Of a stretch of 54,250 nucleotides of DNA, positions 26,400-38,269 are shown piece by piece. The position numbers were made by a program, and so were the translations under genes. The stretch's first letter is position 1; each line of letters opens with the position of its first letter. Below the pieces are notes generated by a model. The model was not told where the DNA came from. It saw only the letters and a list, made by a program, of their open reading frames with translations, and ran no database searches. This DNA is from Girardia tigrina (lineage: Eukaryota), in the NCBI GenBank assembly GCA_001938485.1, contig MQRK01252730.1:47473-101722 (forward strand), given 5' to 3'.

Positions 26400-29309
26400 A
26401 AATGCACAATTATACAAGTAAAAAAATACAGACAAATATAGAATAATATACTAAAAGAATTACCCTATCAACCATTACCATTACCAAATTTAAGCAAAAA
26501 AATAAAATAAATAAACTGTAGCTATTCCTTTATAACTAATATAATTATCAATTTTTAATTAAACGCTTTCAATCAAACCATAGCAAATATAATTTTCATT
26601 ATAGTGTAACCCTTAGACTACCGAAATATTTTTTACTGATATTAAAAAAATGAAGAGATGGCCCTAGCGCGAAAGCAAACTCGCAACTGACAAGTACTGA
26701 AATGTTTTCAGGTAGTGTGAGTAGATGGCGCGCAAGAGTACATACACTATATACAAATTGGATGCAAATAACCGATTTCGCATACCTATTTTTTTTAAAT
26801 GCTAAAGGCTTTTTAAATACACAAGATCAAGAATATAAACTTATCAAGAATGACTCATTACTTTACAGCTACTTATTCAGGCTTCGATGGAAACAATTTT
26901 TTCATAACTTTCTGAATCAATATTTACGGCTCAATGTCTGATTATTCCAAGAAATTAAAATGATTTAAAAGTATTTGAATATAATTCTATTTTGTCTTGA
27001 GCTAATTCTGAAGGTACCAGGAAGAATATTGCTTTTTCGGTTTATTTATCTGTTGTTATTTTCATGAAAAACATATTGATAAAAAATACTTATAAATATA
27101 AATTTGTTTAAAGTGTAAGAGAATATTCTTCAAAATTTTTCAAAATTCCATATTTTTAATTCACAAATAGTATTTCTTGGAACTGAAAAAGAAATCCAAA
27201 ATTCCAAGATCCCATGAATCCTTATTCCAATTATTCCAAATAATGATTCAAATGTTATGCTTTCCGAAAATTTAAAGAAAATTAGAAAACATAAAGTAAA
27301 AACATATAACTCTGATAAAATGAAATACATTAAGAGTTTAAAAGATAAACTCGATCTTAAATATATTTTCATATGAGTGTTTGAAATAGATAAAAAATTT
27401 TGATCAAGTTTAAGTTGCAATGCTTAAACCTGCAATGCTTTCCGAATTTCCTTTTTCTTCATATCCTATTAATTTATTTTGTTTATCATATAAAATAAGG
27501 CTCGTTGTACAAGTTCTGAATGACTTTGCTGATATTTAGTGAGACTTATTTGTATATTTATTTCTACCACAACAAGTATTTTACAATCAATATTATAGTA
27601 AAGGTTCATGCTTTTGATTTCGGTCTTTAATTTAGCATTAAATTAGATGATTATTTCGTAACCAATGATTTTTCTACCCTTTCAAAGTATTAGTCCCTTC
27701 AATACGGAATTTTATTTTGCTATAAATATATGTTGCTGGGGCATAAAAGGCACTTAAACAAGTTTTAAAATGAAAAATAAAATTTTTATTTTATACGCAA
27801 TCGTTCCATAGATATTATTTATAGATATACAATACGTAAATACTCAAAAAAATGGGAATTGGTAAAAAATATTGAGATAAAATGTGGTTGGTTCAAATGG
27901 GAATCGCGACGCATTGTAGGGTTAACTTTTCAAACTTAAACTTCATAATAAGAAATTATCTTTTTTTAACAACTTTGGTAAGGAATGTTTTTAAACATGA
28001 TTTTAACTCCAACTGAATAGACAATTTAAATTTTTTTCAGAAAACTCCATAATTTATAAAAAACAACAATAAAAAATTAAATGAAAAACAGAATTTTTTG
28101 ACAATTTTAATATTTTTCCAAATTTATAAAGTATTTACTCTGTTCATATTTTGAAGTCCATTATCTTTCTGGAGTTATTGACTAAAATTAGGTTTTTTTC
28201 TGTTTCTTTTAAAAGAAAATAATGAGAAAAATGTTGTTTTCATATCGTTCCCCCTTTGAACATCCGCAAAAGGTTTAACAATGCGTTCGAGGGAGCAAAA
28301 CAAATGGGATTCTCATGGCGAGTTAAACTAATAAAAACAGATAATTTACTCTACTTATTTATAGATCATCTAAGGCTCATGTTTTTTGTAATATTAATAC
28401 TGACCTATCCAGCCACCAGAAATTCGAATAAATTATAGAAATTCATTTTCTGAATATTGATTAATGATGAATAAAAACAAGTCGAAAATAATTTGCTTTA
28501 CTGATGATACGTCGGATAATAAATTATTTTTATCATAATACCAAATCAAATCTACATTTTACATTACAAAAATTTTTTTTGTATACTTTTAGTTTCGAAA
28601 AAAATAATTACTTCAATCAAATTAATATTAAATTAATATTTTATTAATATAATATATTTTTCTTTAAAAAATTATTTTTTCCAATACTAAAAAATGATAA
28701 TATTTATAAGGAAAATAATCTCAATTAATATTTAAGATTATGTATTAAATAGATTATTTATATTTTTTTCAGTCATAAAAAATTATTTTTTATTATTTTT
28801 TTTAAATATTATAAATTTTCCAGTTTAATATATTCTATATTTTTTAAATGAAAATAAAATAAAATATTTATACTAAGTACCTTTCACGATTTTTCAAAAT
28901 GTTCTCAAGGATTTTTTTCCCTTTCTAATAAGCCTGTCATACAAAAAACAAATCTAAAAACGCATATGAAAACGGATAACATTTTCTCAGAAATATATTT
29001 TTAAGAATAATAAATTTTCATGAACATTAACAGTATCATCTTTTAAGAAAAACATATGTTTAAAATTTATATTTGTAATATGGAATTTTCATGTCCCTTT
29101 TTACTTAAAGTTATATTTTTTAATTAAAGAATTAATTTGACATAAAGTAACCATGTAAGGCTTTTGTTGGATTTTCCCTTTGAAAAGTGTTGTAGAGTTT
29201 GATTTTAGTCAAATCAATCAGCCAAATATCGTCAATTATTGTAGATGATCATTTTGTTGTTTTGAAATGGTGTTGTTTTATTTTTGTTCAGTTTGAATTG
29301 CACCTACCT

Positions 29310-29900
29310 TTCAAGCCTTAGCTTCAAACGGCAAGAATGGACCGGTCTTTACAACTTCCTTCAATTGGTCATAATCAATTGCATCTATGCCATGAGGATC
29401 ATCTTCGAACCAGATGTAAATAATCCGTCGTTTTTGCTCATGTTTTTCAATATAATTTATCGGAAAACTGTACGTACAGTCCCTTCCAAAATATAAACAT
29501 ATTCCAATTAATACTTATTAATATATAAAATTGCATCAAAAAATTTTAATAGGTATAATTTTTGGACTATGATTTTTAATTTAAATATCCCTATTATAAT
29601 CGATAATTATTGATACATTGGTTGGTAGCCTTATGATGATTCAAATACTTGAACGAGTTTCTAGATAGTAATAATAATTAAATAAAAACTTCATTTATGA
29701 CCGAAGAGTGAATATTTATTGTTGATAGGAAAACCAAATATTCATGGTCGACAAATATTAAAGTCTCTCTATAAATAATAACATTCTTGTCCTCTCTGAT
29801 TGTTCCTGTTAGTTATTTTCAATAGACGCTTTCATTATAAGTTAGTGCCATCTTGTTTGCTAGTTTAACTTCCTTTAACAGTCGTATTTATTCTCCCATT
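29310..29900 (-). pseudogene. Decayed ORF of unknown family
   Basis: GICLYFGRDCTYSFPINYIEKHEQKRRIIYIWFEDDPHGIDAIDYDQLKEVVKTGPFLPFEAKA* is open for more than 60 codons; upstream pieces (LTGTIREDKNVIIYRETLIFVDHEYLVF) are broken by stops and a frameshift. Confidence 0.3.
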
Positions 29901-30287
29901 AGATCAATTTAATTGCATTTTGTTAATTAATTATCATGGTAATTATAATTATTATTTAATAATTATGATTTTAAGATAATGTTTTGGTGAACTAATTAAT
30001 ACTTGTGTATAGTTGTCCATTTCTAAGTGGTTTCATTGACATTTTCTATATAAGTGATATTTTGTCCAAAATTTTGTATCCAAAATAATAAAATAATTAA
30101 AAGTGACATGTTGGAAATTTGGAATTTATTCAACCAGGAATAAATAATTTAGAAATGTCTGTTTATTTTCCAATATTATTTGAGGAATAATATTTACTAA
30201 AAGGATTACATTTGTCGAAAGATGTGTCAGTTCTGTCTCAAAATTGGTAATTATAACAAATATATATAATATATATAAATATATAAT

Positions 30288-30332
<45 letters not shown>

Positions 30333-30829
30333 AAGTGCATAAAAAATAGTACATATAAAATAAAAAAGTTATTTGAAATGTTATTTCAATTTCTTTTAAC
30401 TATATCCTTTTGTAAAAGTAATAAAAGAAAAAGTGTTGAAAATTAAATTTATCAAAAATTTATCTTTTAATAATTTATAAAACACATCATTCATTTTTGT
30501 CAAAACCACGCCCTGAAAATTAACTAGCATTTAGATTGTGAACAACCTTTAGATCAAATAATTGTTTTAGATATCGTGTATATTGAAAATTATAGACAAG
30601 ACAACTGAAGATTTCTGGAATTCGTATGATAATATATGTCTACGTATAACGTACAAACATATCCTCCGGCCTTGTAAGGGATTGTTCCATCTGTTTCTTT
30701 TATGTTCATTTTATTTTTTTACAAAACATTACAAATAAAAAGATATGTAATAACATTAAATTGAAAATAATATTTTTTGTATTAAGTTGGATGATTAAAC
30801 CATCCTTATCAGAAAAAAATGAATATTGA

Positions 30830-31200
30830 AAAAATTATAAATGTAATTTCCAACGTGTCGTTTTCTCCTGTTTATGAAATTTGGTTATCATAAGTGAAGA
30901 GTTGAGAAGTTGTATCCCTTTTACGATGTTTTCTGCTTTCATTAAAACTGTGTTTTTGGATTCTCTTTCTGAGGTTATGCGACGTCTCTCCAAATTATTA
31001 GACATTACTCCCATAATATTTTAACACTATATTTTCAACAAAGCATTTATCGACCAATAAGTCAATAAATTTTATCTTCAATATTTGAAAAAAACATTGG
31101 GAGTGGGTGATGTATGGACCATTGTTGATCAATTCCTTTGATCCTAAAATCAATGTGCAAACACCATCCTCTTCAGCTTTATTGAAAGTATTTTTATGAT
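30830..31200. mobile_element. Penelope-like remnant with inverted 3' segment
   Basis: Minus strand about 30915-30995: FGETSHNLRKRIQKHS (GIY-YIG). Plus strand about 31085-31199: KHWEWVMYGPLLINSFDPKINVQTPSSSALLKVFL* (PLE ORF end). Confidence 0.75.
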
Positions 31201-32482
31201 TTAAATGACATAATGATTACATAAACATTGCTTTGATATATAAACGCGAATATATCATTGTTAAATAAAAAAAATTATTATTAATTTAAATTTATTGTAA
31301 ACTAATTGTATATTATACATATACGAATGATTCAAATAAACTTCAAGATAAGCTAATAAACGAAGAATAATCTGACAGATTTAGACTGAGTTATTTGTCT
31401 GTTAATTATTACTATAATAATGTAGTGCCAAAAAGTCATTTTTACTAAACGTATTAAGTTTTGGTTTAAGACTGTCATTTATAAAACTGTTCTGGAAAAT
31501 GTAAGTTTTTATCTCCACTTATCAAATTGAAAAGTATTTTTTTAATTATTCTAATCTTCTTTTATTGTCTCTTAGTTCTCCTTAAACTGTCTAAGGAGTT
31601 TGATTGCTAGAATGCATAATTGTTTTTTGAGAATTTAATTTATTTTGATAAATTTGTTGAAAATTTAATGGAGAGATAAAATGTTATATATTTTTAAGTT
31701 TGTTAATATTTGCAGTTTTTCTATTTTACAGAGATTATTCCCATTTTGGAAGTAGAAATATTATTATATCGAAATTATTATTCGATCTTTATTCACATAA
31801 ATTATATTTTTTTGAGTTTTGTACCTATGCAGAATTGAATATGTTTAGAAATTTAATGTTGAAAAAATTTAAAAAATAATTAAATGATGAAAAAACAAAT
31901 AACATTTTCAGTAGCGTTAATCAATTTATTTGTCTTTTTTTAATAGTATTTTTAATTTAATCATAACTTCCGTTACTTTTTTTAATAAAATAAGTTTTTA
32001 AATTGACTAATGTTGTTTTTAAACATACAATTTTGCCTTATAAATTTTCTACAAATTATAAAAAGATTAAGTTATAAATTAAATATTTGTTTTGCATTTA
32101 AAAAAGTGAAATGTTTCTTATGAAAAAATAGACTGGAAAAGTCTATTTTTTATGTAGTAAAAAATAAAAAAATAAAGTTTCATAGATGTTGCTCTAGAAA
32201 GTTAACTGAAGGGTATATTCTCTTCAATAAACTTCGAAGGGTAATATATTATATTGGTAAATATTAAAGGATAAAAATCAAACTAAGATTTATATAAATA
32301 AATCAAAGTACAAGGTGATCATAAAGTAACTACCGGGTTTTAAACTGCAATAACCTTTGAATTATATTGTATTTCTTTTTAATTATAAAGGCATCTTGAA
32401 GCTTATTCTTTAAATTTTAATTAAAAGTACTTTCTATTTAAATGTATTAATTGTTGTTATTGTTTTAAGCGTAAGATTCAAA

Positions 32483-32608
32483 ATGGATGTTAATCAGCGT
32501 GTAAAAATTGTTATTTTATTTGCGAAGCATGAGTCAGTGACCTTAGTAAGAAGAGAACTTCAACGACTTAAATGGAAAAATATTCCAACCTAAAAAAGTA
32601 TTAGAAGT
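32483..32608 (+). pseudogene. DD41D transposase N-terminal HTH (DUF4817-like)
   Basis: MDVNQRVKIVILFAKHESVTLVRRELQRLKWKNIPT*KSIRS. Confidence 0.75.
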
Positions 32609-33556
32609 GGTGGTGCGAGAGCGGGCGCAGCGTGTTGGCTGCGGAGTGTTAGTGTTTGAGGATGATCTGCGGAATGCGGGGGGCTTAAATTCATAATCTC
32701 ACCGGGGGAAGCTCCGACTAGCAATCCGCTACTGTCGAGATGAACACGAATGCCTATTTATTATCATTCCTCTGAGGGCTAGCATCAGGTGAGCCCCATT
32801 TCAGGTCACCATCATTTCTTTGGGGGCTTGCATTATTTGAGCCCCACTTTTTATCATTATCATTGTTATCATTGTTGCTATACGAGCCCCAAAGTTTGTA
32901 ATTATTACACGAGAACCGTCGCGTGAAACCCATCGCGGTTTTTTATCATAAGGATACTCCACATCGATTTGATCGTGACGACTGAACACTTGTTTCGGTT
33001 TTCCGGACAATGGCGACTTGCAACCGATATCGTCGATTCCCACCTCAAACATATAACTATCCGAACTACGTCTTTCCAAAATTTTCGTCATTCGAAAAAC
33101 ACTTAAGTTTGAATTAAAAGAAAGATCCGAAATCGACAAAATTTTATTAGTTTCAATAAAAAAAACAATCAATGGTGACTTTCGAATTATTTACAAAAAT
33201 TTCGCGCCAATTTAATTTTATTACTCGATCTATCTTTTGATGTTGACGATGAAAAAAAGCTTATCGGTTCTTTTGTGGCTTTATTTTCGATATTATTATT
33301 GACAACTGGAGCTTTTGGAGAGTTCTTCAATGGCCCACTGTTGTTCGATGTATTTTTCGGTGCTTTTAATAAATTATTATTCGATTATGTTCGGTTTGTT
33401 TTGGATTAACGTTGTTTGATGCGGCAGAATTTATGGCGGCCGGGATATTGTTAACGTCAACTTCTTTCAATGGAACCGTTAAACTCGGTCTTATTTCGTC
33501 ACCTTTATTGATTATGAGAGACATTTCTGACAACGTAGCGGTGAATTTGCCCATGT
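32609..33556 (-). other. Captured or inserted foreign segment with two decayed antisense ORFs
   Basis: GC is higher than in the flanks. ORF A (33554 to about 33190, one frameshift): MGKFTATLSEMSL...SNNNLLKAPKNTSNNSGPLKNSPKAPVV...ARNFCK*. ORF B (about 33091 to 32750, one frameshift): MTKILERRSSDSYMFEVG...KPRWVSRDGSR/NNYKLWGSYSNND...KKWGSNNASPQRNDGDLKWGSPDASPQRNDNK*. Confidence 0.7.
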
Positions 33557-33976
33557 GTTTATGGGCCCTTTTTTATTGAAGGAAACATAACAGCGAAGCT
33601 TTACCTGGATATGTTAAAAAGTTGCTTAAATTCATCGTTAATAAGAATATGCAAACGGAAAACTGTGTTCCAGTAAGATGGAGCACTTGCCCATTATTCA
33701 CTGATTGTGCGACAGTTTCTGGATGAAGCGTTTCCACAACGTTGGCCGGGACGATGTGGTCCATATGTATGAACGACAAGGTCACCTGATTTGATACCAC
33801 TCGATTTTTTTGTGTGGGCTAATTTGAGGAAGGAAGAAACAATTCAACTTAAATATTTTATTTGTCAAGAAGCGGCAAAAATAGATGGTGAAATGTGCCA
33901 AAATGCCATTAAGTCTTTTTAAGGACATCTTAAACATTGTATTGATGTCGATGGTTATTCTGTTGAATATTATTAA
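33557..33976 (+). pseudogene. DD41D transposase catalytic C-terminal half
   Basis: VYGPFFIEGNITAKLYLDML...FQ*DGALAHYSLIVRQFLDEAFPQRWPGRCGPYV*TTRSPDLIPLDFFVWANLR...CIDVDGYSVEYY*; 41 residues between the second and third Asp. Confidence 0.92.
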
Positions 33977-34261
33977 ATTTTAATAAATTTTTTTTGTTAT
34001 TTAAAACCATTTTTTCATAATATTTTGTCAAAAAAAATTATTGCAGTTTAAAACTCTGTAGTCTAAACAATATATTAAACAAAAACGACATAAATGAGAT
34101 GCCAACTTTTTTTTAAAAGGGTGTTATAAATTTCCTCTGAGGTTGATGATTTAATACTGAACTGAAACTAAAAACCAAAACAATTTGGGATATATGGTTT
34201 ATTAGAAAGATGAAGTTGGTTGGCTTATGAGATATATTTAAATAAGATGAATAATTGTTCC

Positions 34262-34335
34262 ACTCGATCGCCGAAGACCAGACGGTGGTAGATGAAGCGC
34301 TATGAGATGGGAGCTCGATCTCAGTGTGCTGGAGT
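34262..34335 (-). repeat. GC-rich dispersed repeat with a TGAGAT/ATCTCA hairpin
   Basis: Reverse complement tgagatcgagctcccatctcatagc...ccaccgtc resembles tgagatcaccgtgcatctcatagc...ccaccgac at 43393. Confidence 0.5.
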
Positions 34336-36785
34336 CATTGCAATTTAAAATTTTTGGTGGAATCTATTTTTTAGTCACTGATATCGATCGTGTTAATAAT
34401 CGCATCCATCCCGCTCAAATCAGTCACCCATAGACAATAATTGTTTTGTCTGTCCATGATATTGAGAAGTTGTATCATTAAGTTTTTATTAGATCGGTAA
34501 TACATTAAGTCAATCAAAATGAATATTTAAAAAAATCTTATACCAAATAAGATTAGCAATTGACAAATTCAAAATGGTACAATGTTTATTTCAATAAAAG
34601 AATCTTGTTAGAAGAAAATTCATGAACAAAAGGTGAGAAATATTAATAGTGTTCGACAAAAATTAGACTGAAAAATTAACAGAATCCTATATTTACATAG
34701 ATCATATTTAAAAATGCAAACAAATACTACAATAAATGTTTTCAGAGATTGTCATTCAAATGTTCTCAAGTTCTCTTTCTTCATTTATCCTTTCATATTT
34801 GAATTTGAGTGAGGATATATTTGAAATATAAATAACAATTTCTTATATAAATATTAATATGAAATTTAAATTTCAAACAAAAATTCACCCATAAACGGCA
34901 GTTAAATATAAATAGATTGCCTAAAGTAAAAATAATTCTTATTTCCCACAATATATGTTCCGACCAACCTTTTGATCTGCAGAACAAAAACAAATTAGAT
35001 TATGGTTTTTTACGAATTCTGTCACAATATTTAATCTCTATTAAACATAAACTTCCCGATAAAATACGCATATACATCGAAGTATGAAAAAAGGTGAAAG
35101 GAATGTAACACTGTACAAAAAAAACAAAAAATTAGAAACAAGTAAAATGAATTCATTTGTTTTTATTATTATTGCATTTTTTGACAATTTCTGAGTGGAA
35201 TTTTTTAATGCAATATTATAGGTCTAACAAAAACTTTTAAAATGAATGGCCATTTGTTCAAGGTTACTGGGACATAAATATACTTGACATAAAGGGTATT
35301 GCAATACATATAAATAAATCTTTATACTTGAAAATTGATATACATGTACATCAGAAAGCTATTAATACTTCAAGTGAACGTAGCAAATAAATTTATTTAT
35401 CTTTTTATAAATAATATATGAACCATTATTAGTTTTATCGCACAAAGATCAATAAATTTTGTTGTAAAAATTAAATGATTAAATATTTATATTTAACGAA
35501 AAAAGCAGCAATCACGATTTCTAATTTTGCAATTTATGATCCCGCTTAAATTGCAATAGTGAATTTTCATTAATGACAATTTTCCACCGGACCGAGTGAC
35601 AAAATCCTCCAAACGAACTTTGCCAGTTATTAAAACGCCATCGTAACTGACATCACAATATTGAATGAGTGCTATTAGTGCTTCTTAATATCAGTTATTT
35701 TATACATGGTAAAGTATGTACAAATAACATTTAGAAACGTATATATATATGTTGTTAACAGTTTTTATAACTCGATTTTTGACACCATGTTGGGCACTTC
35801 AAATTTTTTCAAGTCAATATTATGTGAAAAATAACACATCTGTAGTAACATTCTATCGGAGGGAAAAGCAAGAATTAAATATTTCTCATTTATATACACA
35901 CATATATAAAATAGAAAAAGATAATAAATTTAATATTTTACACACAGAAAAAAATATTAAAAAACATGTTTCCGTGTTCTTTTTCCCATTAAAGTAATAA
36001 ATACTTTCTAAAAGTTTAAGAAAAATTAATAAATTTATTTATTAAAAAATTATAATTTCAAAATAAATATTTGTTTCAATAAATAAGATTTTAAGTTAAA
36101 ATATTTCTAAATTTTAATTAAATAAATTAATTTTTTATTTTCTAAAAATTCATAAATTGGCTCTAAAATATTTTTCGATAACGGAAAATATTTGAATAAA
36201 ATATTTTGTTTGATTATTGGTGATATTATCTGGAATTTCAAAAACTTTTTTAAAGTTTTTATTTTTTTCAAGTTCAGATTAAAATGTTTTGGTAATTTTG
36301 AAACCTTTATCTTGAAATTTCCGAAACAAAAACTTCTTTAATTTAATTTTCAGATTTTGATAAGATCGTGATATAATTTATTATTTTGTGGCAATGTAAA
36401 AATATAATGCAATAAAATATCAGATAAAGTATTTTAGGTTTATAACAGGATTTAGTTCAAACACATTTGAGATATTCTCACATCAATTCCTAATATTTAC
36501 AAATTAAGAAGAAAGAGTAAAATATTTTAAAATTAGTATTAATTTTAAATTGTGTTAAAATAACATTTCACTAACTGATATATCAGGTTTGGAGTGTTCC
36601 AGAGTCATAGAAGTCTCATTTTAAGACATTTAAAAATTTTATTAATTATTTATTTTTGTATTCCTAATTTGTGAAATACTCTTTGAGATTCGAATCGTAA
36701 TTGTATCTTAAATTTTGTAAAATATCTAGGATAATTTGTCAAAGGATAAGTCTTTCAATAATTCAGTGTTTTAAGTGGATCTTGG

Positions 36786-36919
36786 AACTTTTCAAAAATT
36801 GAAGTATTAAGTTTGAAATTAAAAAAAACACAAACTTACAAATTATAACCAAAATAACTTTTCAAAAATTGAAGTATTAAGTTTGAAATTAAAAAAAACA
36901 CAAACTTACAAATTATAAC
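36786..36919. repeat. Tandem duplication (70-bp period, 64-bp identical unit)
   Basis: aacttttcaaaaattgaagtattaagtttgaaattaaaaaaaacacaaacttacaaattataac at 36786 and 36856. Confidence 0.95.
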
Positions 36920-37439
36920 TAATTAAACATTTTTTAAATAATGAAAGTAGTTTACCGTTATCGTTAGAGACTTGATCTTTACTATTAAAAACTATAAAGC
37001 CACATTCTGTGTTCTAAGGGGGGCTTAATGACTACTATCAGTTTAAGAGAAATTTGAGAGTAATGAAATATTTATAATATATTGATCCATTTTTATATTA
37101 TACCATCAAATTATTATTAATGATATAATTATTTTAAAAATAAATATATTATTTTAATTTAAGTGAAAACCAAATGATTTTTGCATAAAACATTTTTAGA
37201 TACATCAATTGAGTTTTTTTTATCTTGTTAGATGTGAAAGAAAATAATCTAAATTATTCATTCACATTTAAAAGTTTTTAATAAAATCTCATTTCTTACA
37301 AAGGAAAATTAATGAAGTTTATAATTTTATTAATTTTTAGAAAACAATTTTGTATTTGATAAACTGACTCAATAAATTGACGATTAGCAAAATAAAAATT
37401 TTTTTATTACTTTACAAATTTTTTACTTCACGTTAAATT

Positions 37440-37525
37440 TGTGAGAAATATTTTGAATGTTTGATGTTTTGTGTTTGAATGTGTATGTTGATTTGGAAAT
37501 GTGTCTCTCCTACCCAGATGGATGA
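37440..37525 (-). repeat. LTR-end-like dispersed repeat
   Basis: Minus strand ccatctgggtaggagagacac...cattcaaaatatttctcaca; related to 39502-39595, 14545-14628 and 50670-50757. Confidence 0.55.
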
Positions 37526-37676
37526 TTACTATTTTAATTCTTATTATCTAAAAATATGCAATTTTAAATGTATTTTTAATTTCAAATAATTTTACAATTT
37601 TAAATAAGGAATGTAAAAAATAATGGCAATTGATATTCTTCATTATTAAAAAGTGAACGCCATTTTGCAAAATTTA

Positions 37677-37725
37677 TTTTTGTAATTAATTTCGACGGAT
37701 TATCCAGTGCCATCTTCAGACTAAA
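37677..37725 (-). ncRNA. Minimal type I hammerhead ribozyme motif
   Basis: TTTAGT CTGAAGA T GGC actGGAtaaTCC GTC GAAA TTAAT T ACAAAA. Confidence 0.72.
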
Positions 37726-37793
37726 TGAACACTGGCTCTTTGCAGCTTATATATGAGAAAGGTGATTATGCAATCAATCATGTAATAAAGACT

Positions 37794-38138
37794 CTATTTG
37801 AAAATGTTTAACAGAGAAGTTGAGTGTGAAGCTTGGATATTAATTTTTGGATCCATGGATCTTATTAATAAGGCCTCACACTTTACTCTCTCCCAATAAT
37901 TTTTAAATCTACTACACAGAATTTGAAAATCATTTTCTCCGATTTTCTTTTTACATTTTAAATTATGTTCGGCAATATTGCTCCCATTATCCAACCGACT
38001 ATGCTCTTTGATCCGTTTGCAGAGATGAACGAGATGTCTCTCCAATGTATGTGGCGTTACATCCATTACATGTATATTTATAAACAAGATCGAACCACAA
38101 ACCGAGAGAAGTGGGAGATTTATTACTGAACGTATCAC
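37794..38138 (-). pseudogene. PLE GIY-YIG endonuclease C-terminal domain (frameshifted)
   Basis: YKYTCNGCNATYIGETSR / HLCKRIKEH...EALLIRSMDPKINIQ. Confidence 0.92.
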
Positions 38139-38224
38139 GAATTTTATATGATTTTCAAATTCTGTGTAGTCGATTTAAAAATTACTGGGAGAGAGTAACG
38201 TAAGCTTCAAAAAGCCAGTGTTAA

Positions 38225-38269
38225 TTTAGTCTGAAGATGGCGGGTAATCCGCCAAAATTAATTACAAAA
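38225..38269 (+). ncRNA. Minimal type I hammerhead motif with core GAAA mutated to AAAA
   Basis: TTTAGT CTGAAGA T GGCGGG TAA TCCGCC AAAA TTAAT T ACAAAA; 6-bp stem II. Confidence 0.68.

Larger units (their letters stand above)
32311..34062 (+). mobile_element. Tc1/mariner DD41D (rosa/VS-type) element, non-autonomous, carrying foreign internal DNA
   Basis: 25-bp inverted repeats with 2 mismatches: actaccgggttttaaactgcaataa (32329-32353) and ttattgcagtttaaaactctgtagt (34038-34062). The left end may extend to TA|CAAGGTGATC at 32311. Transposase halves lie inside. Confidence 0.88.

Noticed and set aside
33473-33497. ccgttaaactcggtcttat resembles the start of a planarian spliced-leader sequence
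   Set aside because: Short and gapped, with no continuation, donor site or Sm site; it lies in the antisense of ORF A.
34270-34330. tRNA gene or tRNA-derived SINE head (B-box-like gagctcgatctc)
   Set aside because: No cloverleaf and a poor A box; better explained as the hairpin repeat family.
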